From: Dehalococcoidia bacterium
GTDB taxonomy: Bacteria; Chloroflexota; Dehalococcoidia; Lucifugimonadales; Australimonadaceae
Length of the DNA stretch: 64,000 bases
Reading direction: 5' to 3'
NCBI GenBank assembly: GCA_034422795.1
Contig: DAOUJK010000022.1
Location: 134,556 to 198,555, forward strand
This document shows positions 9,047 to 16,500 of the stretch, piece by piece (the stretch's first letter is position 1; each line of letters begins with the position of its first letter). The notes under the pieces were generated by a model. The model made no database searches. It had not been told where the DNA came from and was given only the letters and a program-made list of their open reading frames with translations. A program made the translations under genes and the position numbers.

Positions 9047-10543
9047 CTAGCCGGCCCCGTAGACGGCCGTGTCCGGGTGGAACGAGAACCACCCGTGCCA
9101 GAACGAGGTTATCGTCGGTATGCGCGCCAGCGTCTCCGTGCCGTCCAACCGGGTCAGCGCGTTCTCGCCGACACTCCACTCGCCGCCCTCTGCGTCCCGC
9201 AACCCGTCCCCGTCCTCCGCGAACGTGCGCCCGTCCCGTTCGTAGACCCTGCCGGTGCCCCACGTGCTCGATCCCATGACGACGATCCCCTGTCCGCCCA
9301 CCACGTCGTTGATGACGGGCTCCCCGGCGAACGCGGAGACCGGGTACGCCTTGTAGTCGCCGTTGATGCCCACGCCGATGACCGTCTCCTTGGCGTGCAG
9401 CGCCTCGTCCCGGTTGAAGACCGGGAACATCGTCCTGGGCGATGCGAAGTAGTCGTAGTAGATGGCGTGCGGCTCCCACTCGTGGGCGTACTGGGTCGGC
9501 GAGTAGACGCCGGTCTCGATGTCGAGGACGGTCGTGTCCGGGTGCTCGGCGAGCCACTCCTCCCATGTCGTCAGCACGGACGGGAAGAAGTCGAGCTTGA
9601 TGCCGCTGGACGCCAGCGGGCCGACGACGGGCTCGCCCGTGAACTGGTTCCATATCGAGTTCGTCGTGCGGTCGTACATCAGCTTGTTGCTCTGGTAGAG
9701 CATGCCGGACGTGCCGAAGGTGGTGGGCTCCCCGTCTATCTTTGCGGAATACACGATCCCGCTGAAGCAGAGCGTTCAGTAGGCGAGCGCTATCGGCTCG
9801 CCTCCCAACACGTCGTTCGCCATCTCGTGCGGGTTCATGATGCGCAGCGGGTAGGCGCGGTGCTCGCCGTTGATGGAGACGCCGAAGACGCGGTCCCGCG
9901 GGTCCAGGTAGTCCGCCTCCTCCGGGGTGAGCGTGGGTGCGAACTGCAGGTCCGGGATGCCGTCCGTGGGCACGCCGCCCCAGACGGCTTCCGTGAGGTC
10001 GATGCGCTCCGAGCCCGGCGCGGAAGTGAAGAATGCCGCCATGCGCGGGTCGATGATCCCGAGGATGTTCACCTTCCAGTCGAGGTAGCCGTCCGGGGGA
10101 GGGAACTCGCCCCTGCGGGGGCCGAGCCACTCCATCGCCGCGTTCCACGCAGGCTGGTTGAGCCAGAAGTCCTGACCGGTGAGGCTCAACAGGGCCTGCC
10201 GGTACTCCTCGTCCAGTACGGGCCCTCCGCCGTACCGCATGATCTCGACGATGATGGGCACCTGGGAGGTGTCGTTCGCCGCAACGGCGTCGGCGAGGGC
10301 GCGTCGCGTTTCGTCGAGCGTCTGGTCGATGTCGCTGAAGATGCCCCACATCGTGTCGTTGGGGTCATAGTCGCCATCCGGCGCGGAGGTTGGAACGGGA
10401 GTGCCCGCCGGAGCCGGCGTAGCCGTGGGGACCGGGGTGGGCGCGGGAGTCGCCGTCGGGGGCTCGGGCGTGTACGCAGTGGAGGTACAGCCCGCCACGA
10501 CGATGGCAGCGGCGAGCAGGATCGTGAGGGAGATTCGTGACAT
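9047..10543 (-). CDS. DUF3179-family lipoprotein interrupted by one in-frame TGA (codon 256): selenocysteine candidate or pseudogene
   Basis: ORFs 9776-10543 and 9047-9754 share one frame and are separated only by the TGA at 9778-9776. The N-terminus has a lipobox signal 'LLAAAIVVAGC' and a PT-rich linker. Read-through gives '...NDVLGGEPIALAY[TGA]TLCFSGIVYSAKIDGEPTTFGTSGMLYQSNKLMYDRTTNSIWNQ', a contiguous DUF3179-like core. Confidence 0.7.
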
Positions 10544-10664
10544 AGCGCCCTGAGTTCAGTATACGCCCTGCTCGTGGGCATTCGATGTGTCCTTGAAGGA
10601 GGTCGTCCGGTCCCTTCCCTCCTGATGAGACCTTCGCGTAACTGTGTGAGGCGCCACTGGGAGG

Positions 10665-10730
10665 GGTGGTGGTGTCTGGTTCCCTCTCCTGAGGGAGAGG
10701 GTTAGGGTGAGGGCCCCCGGTGGGGTGGAT
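10665..10730. repeat. Repeat family C copy
   Basis: 'tctggttccctctcctgagggagagggttagggtgagggcccccgg' is nearly identical to the 8831-8868 copy. Confidence 0.75.
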
Positions 10731-10830
10731 GGGTCACACAAGGTCTCTTGATGAGGGAAGGTCAGGATGGGGGTGAGCGGCCTATAGGCGCCCCCCACCC
10801 ATGCCGGGCCGCTTTTGCGATAATGCCCCC

Positions 10831-11823
10831 ATGACGACGGTTGGAGACTTGGGAGAGACGGCGCTGATCGAACGCATCACCGAGCGCGTGCGCCGGGCCA
10901 GCCCACTGCAGACGATGGGCGGACGGATCATCACCGGCATCGGGGACGACGCCGCCGTGTGGCGCGTCGGAGGGGTGCAGGCTGCCACGACCGACACCAT
11001 GGTGGAGGGAGTCCACTTCCGAACGTCGACCGCGTCCTGGGCAGACGTGGGCTGGAAGGCCTGGGTCTCCAACGTGAGCGACATCACCGCGATGGGAGGC
11101 GTGCCGGTGGCCGGCCTGGTCACGCTTGGTCTGCCCGCTACCCTGAACGTGAGCGACGTCGATGGCTTGTATGACGGCATGCTGGAAGCGTGCGCCTCGT
11201 ACGGGACCGAGCTGATGGGCGGCGACATCGTCGGCTCGCCTGTTCCGTTCGTCACCGTGGCCATGACCGGCGTCTGCAGCGCCACGCCGCTCACGCGCTC
11301 GGCGGCGCAGTCCGGCGACGCGCTCGCGGTGACCGGCCCCCTCGGAGGCTCGCGCGGCGGGCTCCTGCTGCTGGAGGACGGCGCGCCGCTGGACACCCCC
11401 GCGCGGCAGGCGCTGGCGCTGGCGCACCGCAGGCCCAGGGCGCGGACGGACGCTGCCGCCGTGCTCAAGCGCCACGGCGTGCGCTGCGCCATGGACATCT
11501 CCGACGGGCTCGCCGCCGACCTCCCGAAGCTCGCGAAGGCATCCGGGGTCGCCGTGCAGCTCGATGCGGACCAGGTCCCCGTGGCGGACGCGCTCCGGAG
11601 CGAGTTCCGCGCGGAGGCGATGCGGATGGCGCTGAGCGGCGGCGAGGACTACGAGCTGCTCTTCGCAGGCCCGTCCGACATCGTCACAGCCGCCGTTGCC
11701 GAGCTCCGCGGGAGCGCGGCCATCGGGACGATCATGGACGGCGCGCCGGGCAGGGTCGCGTATGTCGCCGGACGAGGCGAGCCGCTCTCGTTCAGCGCTG
11801 AAGGTTGGGAGCATCTGCGATGA
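10831..11823 (+). CDS. thiL: Thiamine-monophosphate kinase
   Basis: 'GETALIERI', 'IGDDAAV', 'ATTDTMVEGVHF' and 'GGDIVGSP' indicate an AIR-synthase-like fold. ATG at 10831 is preferred (10801 is possible). Confidence 0.88.
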   Translation: MTTVGDLGETALIERITERVRRASPLQTMGGRIITGIGDDAAVWRVGGVQAATTDTMVEGVHFRTSTASWADVGWKAWVSNVSDITAMGGVPVAGLVTLGLPATLNVSDVDGLYDGMLEACASYGTELMGGDIVGSPVPFVTVAMTGVCSATPLTRSAAQSGDALAVTGPLGGSRGGLLLLEDGAPLDTPARQALALAHRRPRARTDAAAVLKRHGVRCAMDISDGLAADLPKLAKASGVAVQLDADQVPVADALRSEFRAEAMRMALSGGEDYELLFAGPSDIVTAAVAELRGSAAIGTIMDGAPGRVAYVAGRGEPLSFSAEGWEHLR

Positions 11824-12293
11824 CGGAAGCACGTTTCCGAACGAACAGCGCCGAGGAGACGCAGGCGCTCGGGCGCAGGCTCGGCGCGCTCGCGGAGCCC
11901 GGCGACCTCTACCTGCTGCGCGGGACGCTCGGCGCGGGGAAGACGACGCTGACGCAGGGCGTCGCCTGGGGCGCAGGCGTGACCGGCTACGCGCACAGCC
12001 CCACGTTCGTGCTCGTGCACGAGTACCGGGGACGCATCCCCGTCTACCACGTGGACCTCTTCCGGATGGACGGCGGTGACCTCGAGATAGACGACCTCGC
12101 CTTCGGCGAGATGCTGGAGGAGGGGGCGTGCGTCGTGGAGTGGCCGGAGCAGGCGCAGGCCGTCTTCCCGGACGAGCATCTCGCGGTGGGCATCGCTTTC
12201 GGCGACGGGCCGGACGCCCGGGTGCTGACGCTGGAGCCCCACGGCGAGCGCTACGTCCGGCTGATCGCCGCGTTGCGAGCGGAGGCCGGATGA
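11820..12293 (+). CDS. tsaE: tRNA t6A37 biosynthesis ATPase TsaE
   Basis: P-loop 'GTLGAGKTTLTQG' and 'SPTFVLVHEY'. An ATGA overlaps the thiL stop. Confidence 0.88.
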   Translation: MTEARFRTNSAEETQALGRRLGALAEPGDLYLLRGTLGAGKTTLTQGVAWGAGVTGYAHSPTFVLVHEYRGRIPVYHVDLFRMDGGDLEIDDLAFGEMLEEGACVVEWPEQAQAVFPDEHLAVGIAFGDGPDARVLTLEPHGERYVRLIAALRAEAG

Positions 12294-13054
12294 CCGCGTA
12301 CCTCGTGATAGACACCTCCACGCGCTACGGGGCGGCGGGCCTGTGGCGGAACGGGTTGTCGCGTGTCGTCTCATGGCGCTCGCACAACAACCACACGGCG
12401 GAGCTCATGCCCGCCGTCCGCTCGCTCACGGACGCGGAAGGCATCGCGCCCGACGCGCTGGAGGGCATCGCCGTGAGCGTGGGGCCGGGCGGGTTCAGCG
12501 CGCTGCGGACCGGCATCGGCGTCGCGAAGGGGCTGGCCGTCGCCTGGGGCCTCCCGGTGGCGGGAGTCAGCACGCTGGAAGCGTCGGCCTATCCCTACCG
12601 AACGGCTGCGGAGCGCGTCTGCGCGGTCCTGCCCGCGGGTCGAGGCGTGGTGGCCTGGGCCCTCTACGGCATGAACGACGGCTCGTGGGGCGCGCTGACC
12701 GAGGAGCAGGTCTCCGCCATCCCCGACTTCGCCGCCGCGCAGTCCACCCCCGCGCGATCCGGCGCCGCGCAGTCCGCTGCCGCGCAGCCCGGCGCGACGC
12801 AACCCGCCGCCACGACGCTCTTCTGCGGCGAGTCGGTGGGGGACGTTGCCGACGCCCTCCGCGAGCGCCTGGGCGCGGACGCGCGGTGCGTCACCGAGCC
12901 CGCGCCGCTCGCGCGACTGTCAGGCGTTGCCGAGCTCGGCGCTGCACTGCTGGCGTCCGGCGAGGCGAGCGCGGCGACCTCCATCGCCCCGCGCTACCTG
13001 CGCCCGCCCCGCATCACCCCTCCCCGCCCCCCGAAGCCCGTCGCGGGCGGCTAG
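12290..13054 (+). CDS. tsaB: tRNA t6A37 biosynthesis protein TsaB
   Basis: 'YLVIDTSTRYGAAGL' Kae1-paralog N-terminus and 'GPGGFSALRTGIGVAKGLA'. An ATGA overlaps the tsaE stop. There is a low-complexity Ala/Gln insert. Confidence 0.85.
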   Translation: MTAYLVIDTSTRYGAAGLWRNGLSRVVSWRSHNNHTAELMPAVRSLTDAEGIAPDALEGIAVSVGPGGFSALRTGIGVAKGLAVAWGLPVAGVSTLEASAYPYRTAAERVCAVLPAGRGVVAWALYGMNDGSWGALTEEQVSAIPDFAAAQSTPARSGAAQSAAAQPGATQPAATTLFCGESVGDVADALRERLGADARCVTEPAPLARLSGVAELGAALLASGEASAATSIAPRYLRPPRITPPRPPKPVAGG

Positions 13055-13059
13055 CCGCC

Positions 13060-13516
13060 CAAGGTCCCCGCTCATCCTGCAGACCCCCCGCTCATCCTGA
13101 GCTTGTCGAAGGGTCATGTTGAGCCTGTCGAAACATCTCGCGCCTTCCCCCGTCGTTCCCGCGTTCAACTGTCCACTTCAACCGGCGACTCTCACGAGTG
13201 CACACAGGGCGCATTCCACTCATTGAACGGTTGATCGGCAAGGCCGTGGCCTGCTTCCTCGTTCTTCCGTTCAACTGGAGCACAGATGAGGGGCGTGCAA
13301 CGCCGACCCATAGACCCTGTTTATGGCTGGGCCCCGAGCTATAGACGCGGTCTATGGCTGCTGCACGTACGACGCTCATGCAACCAGCGTACGCGGTGAG
13401 GGGACCATGGCGTAAGGGGCCGGTGTCAGGAATACGTCATTCCCGCGCAGGCGGGAATCCAGCAGCGCGAACAGGGGTACGCAGCCACTCCGTACTCCTG
13501 GCCGAGGCCACCAGCT
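13060..13516. repeat. Non-coding repeat cluster, left flank of the helicase islet
   Basis: Family A occurs three times (13068-13140), family E 'catgcaaccagcgtacgcggtgaggggaccatggcgtaaggggccggtgtcagg' at 13377-13430, and the family B hairpin at 13436-13462. There is also a 9-bp inverted repeat ccatagacc/ggtctatgg (~13309-13358). No credible ORF. Confidence 0.75.
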
Positions 13517-16500
13517 CTACTCAGGCTCAAACACCAGTTCCGGCACCACGACCTCCCACGCTTCACACTGCACACCGCCTTGGTACTCAGAGTCTGATAT
13601 CTCGCGATTCCAAGTGGCAATCGCAAGGACGCTGGCGGCGATGCACCGCATACCGGCGTCGGGCTCGAAGCGATGCGCGAGTCGCCCCACCACTGCGCCT
13701 GCGGAATCCATTAACTCCCAAGGGTGTGACTTAACCCGAACAGTCAACGGGTCGCCCGGCGCAAGCGAGGCAATGGCGTAGTGAATGTGGTCGCCCGGAC
13801 GTTTACGGCCCGCGAAACCCAAGTCAACGTCCCGCAAGCTGAGCCGCCGGTAGGTGCGCGCGAGTTCCAGCGCTGGGGCCAGAAGCGACAAAGGTTCGTC
13901 CCTGCGCAGCACTGCAGGGCTGTCCGGCAAGGCGTCCTGGAAAGGGTGCGCCCCAGGGAAGCGCGCTAGGGTCAGCGTCTGCCGGGCGCGGGTCATCGCA
14001 ACGTAGTACAACCGGCGCGAGGAATCGGCATCCCTACGCTCAACGCGCTCCCAGCCCCCATCCAATACCGCTACGTGGTCGAACTCCAATCCCTTGGCGC
14101 GATGAGCGGTGGTCAGCAGCAGCCCGCGCTGACGGCGGCGTACCTCCCGCACCCATTCCGCCAGCCACTCGATGAAGTGCGCTACCGGTGTTTCCGCGCC
14201 GCCCGTCTCCAGTGCGTACTCACCCACGGCTTCGAGCAGCAGTTCGTTCCAAGAGCCGGGGGGTTGCGTTTCCAGCCAGTCGTTCAGTTCCACGCTCGTT
14301 ATCAAGCGAGAGTCTCGTTCGCGTACCCAGTGCAGAAGGGCCTGTGTTTCCCGCAAGCGCCAAGTGCCTGAGAAGTCCTCGTTCCCCATCTGCACGGGGA
14401 TGCCCTCGATCTCGCAGAGGCTGCGCACCGGGTCCAGGTAACTCCATTCGCGCGCTATCACGGCGCAGGAAGCCCAACTCCAATCCTGTGTCAGGTTGGA
14501 TAGTCGCTGCAATTCGGCGACGACCGCCTGCGCCTGGGAGATGGACGAATCTCCGGCGGGCAATGTCTGAACGCGGCCTTGCGCAACCGCATCGCGTTGA
14601 GCCCACACGCCACCTGGCGGTTCTTTCTTACGCACTTGGCTTATACGAATGGGATGCCCGCTCTTCATCCGTTGCGTCGCCGGTTCAATCACCGCGTTTG
14701 CAGTCGCGATGATATGGCTGCTGGAGCGGTAGTTGTCGGTGAGGAACACCGGTTTGGCTGCGTAGTCCTTCTCGAACTGCCGGATAAACCGCACCGACGC
14801 ACCCTTGAAGGTATAGATGTTCTGGTCGTCGTCGCCCACCGCGAAGAGGCTCAGTTTGTCGTCTTCTTCGGAGAGCGTTCTACCCGCCAGCGCCGAGATC
14901 AGCGCATATTCGTCGGGGCCGATGTCTTGGTACTCGTCAACCAGTATCCAGCGGAAGCCCGCGAGCAACCGCGTCCGCTGTTCGTCCACTTCCTCGGACG
15001 GCAGTCCTTCTCCGCGCAGCAGGGACACCGCTTCCTTGAGTATCTTTTTGAATTCAGCGTCGTCAAGGTCGTTTGCGCGCCCAGTGAAACTCGCGCCAGC
15101 AAGACTCATGGCGAGCGCGTGGCAGGTGAGCACCACCACACCACGGGCATCGTCGCCGATGAGTTCCGCCAAACGGCGGCGGATATCTACGGCGGCATGT
15201 CTGTTGTACGCGAGAGCGAGAATAGAGTGGGGATTCTCGCGCATCGCGCGCACGAGGTAGGCGATGCGGTGCACCAGCACCCGCGTCTTCCCGGAGCCGG
15301 GACCGGCAAGCACTAGCACGTTGGCCTGCTCTCTTTCGTCCGCTACGATGCTGCGCTGCACGGGGTTGTTCAGGCTCTCCACGATGGCCTGCCACGACTC
15401 TGGCGTGGTCTGGCGAGAGAGGTCTTTGTCTCGCTCCGGCAGCCAGCGGCGCAGGAAGTCCTGCTGGCGGAGGCTGAAGTACTCCATGGTCATCTGCACG
15501 GCGTCTGCAATGGCCCCAAGGCCCCGCATTGCGTATTCCGCCATCACGTGAATCTGGAGCGTCTGTTCCTTGTAGTGGAGATTGAGCGGTTCGAAATCGG
15601 TCCGAGCGAAGCCGCGCCTCTCTTGCTTCAGTCGGATAGTCATGGCCGGGCGGAACACGGCAAGACCCTTGTTCAGGCGGACCACCTCCTGCTCGTGCAG
15701 CCACAGCAGCGCGCGGTCCACCAGTTTGCTGGGTTCCCTGACTTCCTGCATCAGCGTCATGTCCGAGGTGATCGCCTTCAGCAGGTCTCCGACGGTTGTC
15801 TTGCTCAGCCGGTCAGTGCCTCTGCTTTCGGCAGGGAGACAAGCGAGCAGGTGGTCCAGCAGCCGCTTGGCCGCTGCCCTACGCAACTCTGCGGTTTTCT
15901 CTAGGAGCCCCCACTCACGTTGCAGCGTTACTTGGATAGCGTCGCGGTTCACCCCGCGTAGGCCGAGGCTGCCACCGCCTCCACCCTCGCCGCGACCGTC
16001 GGCAGCGATGCTCCGAACGATGCGGCGTAAGCGTTCCGGCGGAGCTTTCTTATAGCCGTCGTCCTTCAGTCGCTGGCTCGCAAGGCGGAGGTGAAGCGTG
16101 GTCGTTTCGCTTATCCCCATGTCAGGCGCAGTCTCGCGCAAGAGGTCTATCGTGGCGCGCTCCAACTCCGCCGCCTCATCGAAGCGTTGCCGCGAACTGC
16201 GCTTCACCTTCTCGTGGACGAAGGCGGTCAGGACCGTATCGTTGGCGGCGATGCCCAGCCGCTCAAGGTCATGGAGAGCGCTCCGTACTCCTTCGGGAGT
16301 GAGACCGGATGCGGACATCAATTCGTCGGTTGAGATGCCTTCGTCTGGGTCCGCTTCGAACAGGGTTGCGGCGATTTTCAGCAGTTGACGGCGACCGGTG
16401 CCCCCTATGCTCGCCTTGGCGAGCCTAGCGCTCGCCTCTTGCAGGGAACGCACCCGCAGGGAGGATGGGAACATCTGTACGCGATTCTCCTCGCGTGTCA

